Shown piece after piece: positions 25,339-33,402 of a stretch of DNA of 64,000 nucleotides (position 1 is the first letter of the stretch; each line of letters opens with the position of its first letter). Origin of the DNA: Candidatus Limnocylindrales bacterium (lineage in GTDB: Bacteria > Chloroflexota > Limnocylindria > Limnocylindrales > CSP1-4); NCBI GenBank assembly GCA_046707905.1, contig JBKKDM010000008.1, forward strand, positions 3,367 through 67,366, written 5' to 3'. Position numbers and translations under genes: made by a program. Under the pieces are notes generated by a model. It saw only the letters and a program-made list of their open reading frames with translations. It was not told where the DNA came from and did no database searches.

Positions 25339-25889
25339 GCCGAGTGCTCCCGCGAGGTATCGGTTGACGAGCGCGAGTCCGCCTCGAGGGCGGCCCGCAG
25401 CGTGTTGGTGGCGTAGTGGAGCCGCGACTTGACGGTTCCGAGCGGCACGCCGAGCTCGGCGGCCACCTCGTTCAACGTCAGGCCGAGGTAGTGGTGGAAG
25501 ACGAAGACTGCTCGCTGCTCCGGCGGCAATCGTCGGAAGCCGCGATCCAGCTGATCACGCTGGACGACACCCGCGTAGTCGTCGGTGCTCGACGCAAGGT
25601 CCGGGAGGACACGGACGTTGGCCGTCCAGCGACGGCCCCGTTTGGCTTCCCGGTAGCAGGCGTTGACGAGGAGGCGCCGCAGCCAGGCATCGAAGCGATC
25701 GACGTCCCGCAGCGTGGGCAGCTCCCGCCAGGCGAGGACGAGCGTCTGCTGGACGGCGTCTTCCGCGAGCCCGAGATCGCGCAGGATCCGAAACGCGATC
25801 GCGAGGAGTCGGTCACCAGCGGCGCGCGCCAGGCTGGCAAAGGCTTCCTCATCTCCGGCTCTCGCTCGCTCGACGAGGGCAACCTGCAC
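25335..25889 (-). CDS. ECF sigma factor, paralog 4
   Basis: GTG at 25889 after GGGAG gives VQVALVERARAGDEEAF. The promoter-like motif lies inside the longer track ORF (TTG at 25976), which favours the shorter start. Confidence 0.8.
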   Translation of the reverse strand: MQVALVERARAGDEEAFASLARAAGDRLLAIAFRILRDLGLAEDAVQQTLVLAWRELPTLRDVDRFDAWLRRLLVNACYREAKRGRRWTANVRVLPDLASSTDDYAGVVQRDQLDRGFRRLPPEQRAVFVFHHYLGLTLNEVAAELGVPLGTVKSRLHYATNTLRAALEADSRSSTDTSREHSA

Positions 25890-25933
25890 CCTCGACTCCC
25901 TTCCGCGATGCGTCCGACCTGGACGCCTACCGT

Positions 25934-25964
25934 AGATGAGACCGGAGGTGCCCGGGATGGTTCG
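25934..25964 (-). promoter_or_regulatory. ECF-type promoter candidate for pair 4 (CGAAC-N20-TCATCT)
   Basis: Same motif and spacing as the other five. Confidence 0.5.
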
Positions 25965-26010
25965 ATCCTCGGTCAACGCGCGTCAAGGACTTCGACCGTG
26001 ACGCGAGGAA

Positions 26011-27126
26011 TCAGCCGCCGTTCAGAACACCCAGCAGCGTGTCTTCTGCCGCGGCCTGGTCGACGGTGGCCACGTACTCGATGTTCGGCTCGCCGGACGT
26101 CGGACGGGTGAAACCCGACTCGGGGCCCTCCGCCTCCTCGACCTCGATTGCTGCCGGCGCGAACGCCCCGACCGGGTAGCCGGCCGCGAGCTCGGCTGCC
26201 AGGGGGTCCCAGAGGAAGGACGCGCCATCGGTCATGAACGGGTTTGCGGCGAACAGCTCTGCCACGAGCTTTGCGGCCGGACTGTCGGCTCGCTCCATCG
26301 CTCGAGCTGCGAACGCAGGGGTCAGCGGCACCTGGTTTGTCGCGTCGAGCGAGACGAAGAACGGTCGGAGCCCGCTGTCGACGACGACCTGCGCGGCGCG
26401 CGGATCGACGTAGATGTTCCATTCCGCAACATCGTTGTCTTCGGGCGCGCCGCAACACACGAGGTTGCCCGGGACGTGCAGCGCGCCGCCCATGACGTAG
26501 ACGGACGTGAGCTGCTCTCCCAGCGCAGGGTCAGCCTGGAGGGCATCCGCGAGATTCGTCAGCGGCCCGGTGGCCAGGATGACGAGATTCGGATGTTCCG
26601 CGGCGAGGCGCGAGATCAGCGCGCCCGCCGTTGCATCCGCGGCGGTTCGGTCGGTCGGCGGCAGATCGAGCTGGGAGCCCCCGTCGACGCCTTCTCGCCA
26701 GGCATCCGGAAACCTATGACTGCCAGCGAGGGGCGTCTCACGCCCGCAGGCGACGGGGATATCCGGCGCGGAGAGCCGCTCGAGCACTCGTAGCACCACG
26801 TCGACGCCCTCCGGGCAGTGCGCCTCGCCGGTCCCGGAAACCGTGATCGCGACGAGGTCGACTCCCGGCGCGCTGAGCAGGAACGCGAGCGCGACCAGGT
26901 CGTCCGGGGCGACGTCCGTGTCGAAGAGCATCGTCCGCGCGGCGGGTGTAGCGACCGACGGGACCGGAGCCATCGTCGCTTGGGGTTCGGTCGTCGCCGG
27001 CGCAGTTCCCAGCGTTCCGGTCGGACCCGGCGCCGATGGCGCCGGGCCGGTCGGGGAAGCATTGGAACAGCCCGCGAGCGCGAGGCCCAGCAGGACGGTG
27101 GCAAGCCGCGAGTCCGAACCTGGCAT
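26011..27126 (-). CDS. nucleoside hydrolase (inosine/uridine-preferring family) lipoprotein
   Basis: AAGGAG precedes the ATG at 27126. MPGSDSRLATVLLGLALAGCS (lipobox). FDTDVAPDDLVALAFLL matches the DxDxxxDD motif of nucleoside hydrolases. ILATGPLTNLA. Confidence 0.8.
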   Translation of the reverse strand: MPGSDSRLATVLLGLALAGCSNASPTGPAPSAPGPTGTLGTAPATTEPQATMAPVPSVATPAARTMLFDTDVAPDDLVALAFLLSAPGVDLVAITVSGTGEAHCPEGVDVVLRVLERLSAPDIPVACGRETPLAGSHRFPDAWREGVDGGSQLDLPPTDRTAADATAGALISRLAAEHPNLVILATGPLTNLADALQADPALGEQLTSVYVMGGALHVPGNLVCCGAPEDNDVAEWNIYVDPRAAQVVVDSGLRPFFVSLDATNQVPLTPAFAARAMERADSPAAKLVAELFAANPFMTDGASFLWDPLAAELAAGYPVGAFAPAAIEVEEAEGPESGFTRPTSGEPNIEYVATVDQAAAEDTLLGVLNGG

Positions 27127-27159
27127 GCGATGGAACTCCTTCTGGGCGAGGATCTCATC

Positions 27160-27245
27160 CCATACGGGTGTGGCGGCGACACCGAATCGTTGAAGAGTGC
27201 CCAACGGATCGCCTCCGAGGTCGCGTGGCGAGCCTCGGAGGCGTT
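27160..27245 (+). repeat. degenerate copy of the hmgA-3'-end element; core hairpin 27211-27242
   Basis: GCCTCCGAG-gtcgcgtggcgagc-CTCGGAGGC. Upstream cccatacgggtgtgg / gttgaagag resembles hmgA cccgtactcgtgg / gctgaagga. Lies just after the stop of partner 5. Confidence 0.55.
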
Positions 27246-27276
27246 GTGTTCGAACGGCCGCGGGCGGCTCCTCAGG

Positions 27277-28212
27277 TCACGGCTGGATGACGATCGACTC
27301 GATCACCGCGTCGAGCCGCGCGCGGTCGGCAGCCGTCGTGCCGGGAAAGTCCTGCGCGACCACCACGAGCCGCGTCCCGTCGACGTCGAGGATGTTCGCC
27401 TGCCAGCGGTTCGCAGGCCCCTGCAGGTAGATGCCGGTCGGGCCGTGCTCGCGGGTGCTCCACAGCCGCGCCACGCCCTCGTCACAGGCGGGGGCCTCGC
27501 CGTCGGGATCGAAGGGCTCGGTCGGTCCGACCATGTCGACGCGCTGGCCGCTGTAGCCCCCGATCGTCACGTCGACCGGATCGGATACGGCGTACGCCGT
27601 CTGCGCCCCGAGCGCCGCGACGAGGTCGCCGACCGTCGTGCCGGCGTCGGCGTCGCCGTCCGTGCCGCGCCACTGACACGGGTCCTGGTTGAGGCTGGTG
27701 ACGTCGAGGAACTGGATCGCGATGCCGCCAGGTCCCCCAGGCCCAGGCCGCTCGGGAAAGAGCGAGTTGCCGAACCACTCCCACGGCTCGGTCAAGGTGA
27801 AAGTGACTGTCAGCCCCGGGTCCGTGGCCCAGGTTGCCTGGACGGCATAGCCGCCCGGACCGATGAGCCCGTCACTCACCGGCGTGGGGGTCGATGCGGG
27901 TGTCGGGCTGGGCGGAGGTGATGCGGGCGTCGGCGCGGTCGTTGGTGTCGGCGGGACACCGGGGCCGCCCGTGGAGTTGAGGTACATGACGCCGCCGGCC
28001 CCGACGACGGCCACGAGGGCCACGGCCGCAATGCCGGTCGCGCGTGTGAGTGCAGGCATGGTGGGAAACCTCCACGGCACGCGAATGGCGCGCCGCTGTG
28101 GGGTCCGCGCGATGTCGGCGAGGGCAGCGTCAAGCACACGGTCAGGGAGCCGGTCGGCCTCGGATGCCAGGTAGGCATCGAGGATTCGCTCGGCGTCGAT
28201 TGGCGTGTTCAT
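27277..28212 (-). CDS. single-pass membrane partner of ECF sigma 5
   Basis: ATGA overlap. RLPDRVLDAALADIARTPQRRAIRVPWR plus one TM helix. Ectodomain with DPCQW and ILDVDGTRLVVV, ending IESIVIQP. Closest in sequence to partner 2. Confidence 0.65.
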   Translation of the reverse strand: MNTPIDAERILDAYLASEADRLPDRVLDAALADIARTPQRRAIRVPWRFPTMPALTRATGIAAVALVAVVGAGGVMYLNSTGGPGVPPTPTTAPTPASPPPSPTPASTPTPVSDGLIGPGGYAVQATWATDPGLTVTFTLTEPWEWFGNSLFPERPGPGGPGGIAIQFLDVTSLNQDPCQWRGTDGDADAGTTVGDLVAALGAQTAYAVSDPVDVTIGGYSGQRVDMVGPTEPFDPDGEAPACDEGVARLWSTREHGPTGIYLQGPANRWQANILDVDGTRLVVVAQDFPGTTAADRARLDAVIESIVIQP

Positions 28213-28778
28213 GACGACTGTCCTCCCGCTACGGCCGTCGGCCGTGCGTCTGCTTCGAGCAGGGCCCGCATCGCGCGGTGGGCATAGTGGAGCCTCGAGC
28301 GGGCCGTCCCGGCGGGGACGTCAAGCACCTCCCCGATCTCGTTCAGGCCCAGCCCGAGGTAGTGATGGAGCACGAGGATTGCCCGCTGCTCGGGCGGCAG
28401 CCGCCGAAAGCCTCGGTCGACCTGGTCGCGATCAGCGAGCGCGGCGAGCTCATCCGGTCCCGCCGGCCCGGCGACCGGGAGGGTCCGAATGGACGTGATC
28501 CAGGCGCGCCGCTTGCGCGCCTCGGCATAGCAGGTGCGGACGAGCATCCGGTGGAGCCAGACGTCGAACCGCTCCGGATCGCGGAGGCGGGGCAGCTCGC
28601 GCCAGGCGATCACCAGCGCCTGCTGCACCGCGTCCTCGGCGAGGCCGACGTCACGGAGGATGCGTCGCGCGACGCCGAAGAGCACGTCCCCACGCGAGCG
28701 CGCCAGGATGGCGAATGCCTCCTGGTCGCCACGCCGGGCCTGCTCGACGAGGTCGCGATCCACTCGCTCCGCCCTCAA
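28209..28778 (-). CDS. ECF sigma factor, paralog 5
   Basis: TTG start. VDRDLVEQARRGDQEAF, DAVQQALVIAWRELPRLRDPERFDVWLHRM, GTARSRLHYAHRAMR. Confidence 0.85.
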   Translation of the reverse strand: MRAERVDRDLVEQARRGDQEAFAILARSRGDVLFGVARRILRDVGLAEDAVQQALVIAWRELPRLRDPERFDVWLHRMLVRTCYAEARKRRAWITSIRTLPVAGPAGPDELAALADRDQVDRGFRRLPPEQRAILVLHHYLGLGLNEIGEVLDVPAGTARSRLHYAHRAMRALLEADARPTAVAGGQSS

Positions 28779-28809
28779 AGGTGGCGCGCATCGGGTGCGC
28801 CGTCCGAGC

Positions 28810-28840
28810 CTACAGAGGGGCGAGCGTCACCCAGTGTTCA
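28810..28840 (-). promoter_or_regulatory. ECF-type promoter candidate for pair 5 (TGAAC-N20-CTGTAG)
   Basis: Same motif and spacing. Sits immediately next to the hairpin repeat at 28847-28885. Confidence 0.5.
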
Positions 28841-28846
28841 AAGAGA

Positions 28847-28885
28847 ACGCCTCCGAGCTCGCGGTGCGGGGCTCGGAGGCATTCC
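28847..28885 (+). repeat. short degenerate copy of the hmgA-3'-end hairpin element
   Basis: acGCCTCCGAGCtcgcggtgcgggGCTCGGAGGCattcc. It shares 18 and 10 identical nt with the hmgA copy on either side of the loop. Lies after the stop of partner 6. Confidence 0.55.
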
Positions 28886-28936
28886 AGAATGCGAGGACTA
28901 CTTGGGACCCGTGACCTCGACCCCACGAGGGACGAT

Positions 28937-30295
28937 TTATGGAGCCGGCACCTCGGGCGACGGCGGGGGCCAGACGACGCCTACCTCGTACGACTTCCGG
29001 GCCTCGGGCCAGACGTTCATCGTCTCGAGAAATCCCTCGAGCAGGCGCGACGACCCTCCGTACCGCGCCGTCGCAGGGGCATCTTCGTGCCACCAGACAC
29101 TGACCACGGTCATCCCGCCTGGGGTCGCGACGCCGCCGAAGAAGTACGCTTGCACGCCGTTGTCGAAGGGCACGAGCAGCCCCGGGTGGCAATCGCGGCT
29201 CTCCACGCAGAGGTGCTCCGCCCTCGAGGCGATCCCGGCGCAGGACGTCATGTCCGTCCGCGGGCAGTACTCATCGATCCAGGCCTGGACGGTCTCCCAG
29301 CTCTGCTCGGGCTCGGCGCCGCCCTCGAACGGCACGACCCATGCGCTGACACGAACGTCCCCCTGCGGGGCGCGGAAGGCGTCCGCTGCGCTGGTGAGGA
29401 AGTCGCCACCGTCCCGCCCGAACGTCCAGGCGCGGGTGGCCGGGGTGTTCGACCACCCGGGTGGGACACCGAGCACGAAGCCGTACTCCGCCGAGGTGTA
29501 GGCCGTCCAGTCGCCCGTGTACAGGCGCCCCGCGGACCCTTCGTTGAGGCGGACGGTCGAGAGGAATCCCTGCATGAGGGGTAGCTGGTTCTCACGTCCC
29601 ATCGTGAAGACGTACATCCGAGGGTCCTGGAAGACGAAGGCGATCGTGTCGCACGGGAGCCCGTCCAGGAGCCTGGCCTCGTGCCCGGCGACCGTGATCA
29701 CCTCCATGTCTGCAAGGGTGCAAGCCGGATCCGCGCCCTCGCGGTAGGCGTCGATCCACTCGTCCCCCGACATGCCGGACGGCAGGTCGACGGCGAAGAC
29801 ATGGACCCCGATCTGGTACGACGCTTCGCCATCGATGAACTCGTCCTGGGCCGGCGAGAGCCAGTCCAAGCGGTCCACGTCCATGACCCAGTCCCGGGTT
29901 GCAGGGGTGACTTCCCATTCCGGCGGGTACTTGAGCTCGTAACCGTAGCGGTCAGACGTGAATCGCTTCCAGGAGCCGGTGTCGACGGCAGCCGCCGAGG
30001 GCGATGCCTGAGACACGGCGGTTGGGGCCGTGGTTGGAGCGGCGGTCGGCAGGGGCATCGGCGCTCCGCCGAAGAATGCAAAGGCTCCGACGCCGACGAT
30101 CGCGGCGAGCGCGACCGCGGCAGCGAGCCGCATGTTGAGCGACATGAAGGTTGACCTCCGCGGGATCCGGAGATCCCGCTCTTGGGGAGTCGTCTTGATC
30201 GCGAGGAGGACGGCATCGACGGTGGCCGGGGGCGTGCGGTCGGATCCGCTCTCAAGCCAGCCGTGCATGGCGTTTACGAACGATCGATCGCTCAT
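28937..30295 (-). CDS. single-pass membrane partner of ECF sigma 6 with duplicated ectodomain
   Basis: ATGA overlap. WLESGSDRTPPATVDAVLLAIKTTPQERDLRIPRR plus one TM helix. Two tandem ectodomain copies (WKRFTSDRYGYELKYPPEWEVTPATRDW and WTAYTSAEYGFVLGVPPGWSNTPATRAW). Confidence 0.65.
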   Translation of the reverse strand: MSDRSFVNAMHGWLESGSDRTPPATVDAVLLAIKTTPQERDLRIPRRSTFMSLNMRLAAAVALAAIVGVGAFAFFGGAPMPLPTAAPTTAPTAVSQASPSAAAVDTGSWKRFTSDRYGYELKYPPEWEVTPATRDWVMDVDRLDWLSPAQDEFIDGEASYQIGVHVFAVDLPSGMSGDEWIDAYREGADPACTLADMEVITVAGHEARLLDGLPCDTIAFVFQDPRMYVFTMGRENQLPLMQGFLSTVRLNEGSAGRLYTGDWTAYTSAEYGFVLGVPPGWSNTPATRAWTFGRDGGDFLTSAADAFRAPQGDVRVSAWVVPFEGGAEPEQSWETVQAWIDEYCPRTDMTSCAGIASRAEHLCVESRDCHPGLLVPFDNGVQAYFFGGVATPGGMTVVSVWWHEDAPATARYGGSSRLLEGFLETMNVWPEARKSYEVGVVWPPPSPEVPAP

Positions 30296-30843
30296 GCGAG
30301 CCGCTCCTCGAGGCGTTGAGCCGCCGCGGCCGCCTCGAAGGCGGTTCGCAGCGCGCGGGTTGCGTAATGCAGTCGCGAGCGCGCGGTGCCGTCCGGGATG
30401 CCGAGCGTCTCGGCCACCGCCACGAGGGGCAGGCCCACGTGGTGGTGCAAGACGAACACCGCGCGCTGGTCGAGTGGGAGCCCGCGAAACGCGCGCTCCA
30501 GCTCGTCGCGATCGTCGACCGATTGGAAGTCGTCGGTCGAGTCAGCCCGCCCCAGCGGGAGCACCCGAACCGTCGCTGCCCACTGCCGGTTCCGCGGTGC
30601 GACCGCGTAACAGGCATGAACGAGAATCTTGAATGCCCAGCCGTCGAAGCGGTCGACCTCTCGAAGGTGCGGGAGCTTCCGCCAGATGGTCACGAGGGTG
30701 TTCTGCAGAACATCCTCGGCGAGCCCCGGATCGCGCAGGATCCGCCGGGCGACGCCGAAAAGCGTGTCGCTGACCTGGTGCACCAGATCCGCGAACGCCT
30801 CGTGGTCCCCCGAGCGTGCCCGCTCGACGAGGTCTCGGTCCAT
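30292..30843 (-). CDS. ECF sigma factor, paralog 6
   Basis: MDRDLVERARSGDHEAF, DVLQNTLVTIWRKLPHLREVDRFDGWAFKI, GTARSRLHYATRALR. Confidence 0.85.
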   Translation of the reverse strand: MDRDLVERARSGDHEAFADLVHQVSDTLFGVARRILRDPGLAEDVLQNTLVTIWRKLPHLREVDRFDGWAFKILVHACYAVAPRNRQWAATVRVLPLGRADSTDDFQSVDDRDELERAFRGLPLDQRAVFVLHHHVGLPLVAVAETLGIPDGTARSRLHYATRALRTAFEAAAAAQRLEERLA

Positions 30844-30888
30844 CTACCGCCTGGGTAGCGCCAAGGCCGAACGGCCTCGGTCTACCCA

Positions 30889-30919
30889 TGATGAGGGCGG
30901 GCGTCCGGCGAATCGTTCA
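30889..30919 (-). promoter_or_regulatory. ECF-type promoter candidate for pair 6 (TGAAC-N20-TCATCA)
   Basis: Same motif and spacing as the other five. Confidence 0.5.
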
Positions 30920-30962
30920 GCGGCCGGCTTTGCGTCCCGCGCCGAGGTCTGGCTACGGAGCG

Positions 30963-31394
30963 CTACGGAGCGGCGGACATCAGCTCGCGGGCCCGGGTCG
31001 CCATCTCAACCACGACGGCAAGGTCGACGTCTGCGAGGTGGCGGAAGGTCGCGGAACCGCTTCCGAGCTTTGCCTTCCCGAGCCGCGGCCCCCGGCGCTT
31101 GATGATCGACTCGCCGTCCTCGGTGCCGGTCACGTAGAGGGTCAGGTGGTCCTTCTGAACGGCGATACCGACGACGAACCACTCGCCCTCCGCCCCCGAG
31201 CGACCGCGGTATTGGTACAGGCCGTAGCCGAGTATTCGCTGGGTTGTCCCGCCATAGAACACGCCTTCCCAGAGCACGCGTTCCTGGCCCTCGAAGACCG
31301 GATCGATCGCGGCGTCCAGAGCCCGCATCTCCTCGCGCCTGACCTCCGGGAGCGATTCGAGGAACTCCTCTGGCGGTGTCGTGGTTCGCTGCAT
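30963..31394 (-). CDS. DUF1801 (YdhG-like) domain protein
   Basis: MQRTTTPPEEFLESLPEVRREEMRALD ... YQYRGRSGAEGEWFVVGIAVQKDHLTLYV. The ATG at 31394 is in frame with track ORF 30963-31478. Confidence 0.6.
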   Translation of the reverse strand: MQRTTTPPEEFLESLPEVRREEMRALDAAIDPVFEGQERVLWEGVFYGGTTQRILGYGLYQYRGRSGAEGEWFVVGIAVQKDHLTLYVTGTEDGESIIKRRGPRLGKAKLGSGSATFRHLADVDLAVVVEMATRARELMSAAP

Positions 31395-31416
31395 GTCGAG
31401 AGCGTCCTCCCTGTTC

Positions 31417-32376
31417 CTATTCGTCGGCGATTCGGAACTTGGATGTGGCGGCTCGCCCGCCCGTCTGGGCGATGACAACTCCGGCGAGGATCATCGCCCC
31501 ACCGACAAGCTGCAACGGGCCGAGCGATTCGCCGAACAGGATGCTCGCGAGCGCGATGGTCCAGATCGGCTCCACGGTGCTCACCAGCGATGCTCGTGCC
31601 GCGCCGATGCGGTGGGCGCCAGCGTAGAAAGCCTGGACCGCGATGAACGTCGAGACGATGCCGACCCCGGCGATCCCGAACCACGCCGCCTCCGGAATCT
31701 GGGCCGGGAGGACCGGCCGTCCGAGGACCAGCGCGCTGAGCCAGTAGGTGGTCGCTGTGGCGGTGAGCATGATCGCCCCCGCGACCGTCGGGTCAGCTCC
31801 GGCTCGCGCCTCGCTGCCGGTGTCCTCGCGATCCTCGCCGGACAGGCGCGCCGCGAGCACGATCCAGACGGAGTAGATGAGCGGCGACGCGACCATCAGG
31901 ACGAGCCCTTCGATTGGCGGGGCCGACCCCTGGTCGATGTTGCCGACGGCCAGGGCCACGCCTGCGAGGGCGATCGCCAGGGCCAGCCACGCCCGGCGCC
32001 CCCGCAGCGGCTGGCCGATCTGCAGCGAGATCACCGCGACCACCGCGGGGTAGATGTAGACGATCAGCGCCGCGAGCGAGGCCGACACGGTCTCGAGTCC
32101 GGCGAAGTACGTCGCCGAGTTGCCCGTGTACAGGACACCGAGACCGATCGATACGGCCACGGCGCGCCTGTCCATCCGCCGGAGCGCGGCCCGCGCCTCC
32201 GGCCGCGCGGAAATGAGCAGCCACGCCAGCCCGGCCCCGATGAGGAAGCGCCAGGCCATGAAGACATGCCAGCCGACGCCGGCCGCGTAGACCGGCTTCG
32301 CGAACAGTGCGCCCGACCCGAACGCGAACGCGGACACGATCGTCAGCGCGATTCCGATCGCGAGGGCTCGGGGCAT
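31417..32376 (-). CDS. EamA/DMT-family transporter
   Basis: Ten hydrophobic segments. FAFGSGALFAKPVY and the internal duplication typical of DMT carriers. Confidence 0.8.
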   Translation of the reverse strand: MPRALAIGIALTIVSAFAFGSGALFAKPVYAAGVGWHVFMAWRFLIGAGLAWLLISARPEARAALRRMDRRAVAVSIGLGVLYTGNSATYFAGLETVSASLAALIVYIYPAVVAVISLQIGQPLRGRRAWLALAIALAGVALAVGNIDQGSAPPIEGLVLMVASPLIYSVWIVLAARLSGEDREDTGSEARAGADPTVAGAIMLTATATTYWLSALVLGRPVLPAQIPEAAWFGIAGVGIVSTFIAVQAFYAGAHRIGAARASLVSTVEPIWTIALASILFGESLGPLQLVGGAMILAGVVIAQTGGRAATSKFRIADE

Positions 32377-32429
32377 CGCGAGAGGCTAGCAGCGGGTCGT
32401 GCGAAGCCGGCACGAGGATCGCGCATCAT

Positions 32430-33402
32430 TCCCGCAAGGCCGAGGAACGCCGCCTCGTCACCGTCCTTTTCGCCGACGTGGTCGGTTCGACCGCCCTGGG
32501 CGAGGCCCTGGATCCCGAGGACGTCCGCGCAAGTCAAGGAGCGTCACGCGATCCAGGACCGGGTCTCCACGCCGGAGCGAGCCGACGCCTGGATCGTGAA
32601 CGCCTGGGCGGAGACGATCCGCGGGAACCTCGGCGCTGCCGAGCAGGCGGCCGAGCAGTCACGGGCCGGCTTCGGCACCGGGCAGGCCGCCTCCTTCGTG
32701 CTCGGGGCGACGTGCTGGCGCATCGTGGCCTTGCACGCCCTTGGCCGCTGGGACGAGGTCATGGTCGAAGCCGTGCGGGCAGAGCGAGCCCTCGAGGAAT
32801 CCCAGCTGACTGCGCCGTGGTACGCCTACAACGGCTTCCTCTCGATCCTGGCCACCGCTCGCAGTCGGGGTGACATCGTCAGGGCCGAGCACTGGAAGCG
32901 GGTGATGCTCCGGATCACGGACAAGGTCGAGCCCGATGGCCGGATCAGGCGCATCCTCGGGTACCTCTCGGACGACCTGGAGGCGCTCGAGCAGGGCGTC
33001 CTCCATGACTTCCGGTTCTTCACGCCGCGCCTCGACTACGTGCACCTCGCCGCGGGGCTCCTCGCCGATCGGCGCTTCCCGGCTTCCGTCGACGCCCTCT
33101 CCGCGGTCATCGACTACACGGAGGCGCGGGACCTGCTGCTCCCGTCGTCGCAGGTGCGACGGCTGCGCGGGATCGTGACCCGGAGTCGCGACGACCTCCA
33201 GCGGGCGCTCGATGGATTCACCACGATGGGCGCCGCGCCATTCGCGGCCCGGGCACGAACGGAGCTGGGCCTGCTGGACGAGCGGCCGGAGCTCCTCGAC
33301 GCGGGGCTCGACGAGCTCGAGCGACTCGGCGACGTCGAGCACGCGACGCGGGTCGCCGCGGAGCGACGCGCCGGCGCGCTGGCCGGGGCGCCGGCCGGCT
33401 GA
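32430..33402 (+). pseudogene. remnant of an adenylate/guanylate-cyclase-AAA-TPR regulator (cyclase start fused out of frame to a C-terminal helical-repeat region)
   Basis: One frame reads KAEERRLVTVLFADVVGSTALGEALDPEDV (compare HREVTLVTSDLKGSTALGERLDPEAL in the 1300-aa protein). It breaks near 32525. A second frame continues about 290 aa of helical repeats to the stop at 33402. No start codon precedes the cyclase fragment. Confidence 0.45.

Noticed and set aside
31381-33402. 673-aa plus-strand ORF treated as one gene
   Set aside because: Its first ~340 codons are antisense to the EamA transporter and are Arg/Asp-rich nonsense. Only the last ~290 codons look coding, and these are reported as part of a pseudogene or remnant.
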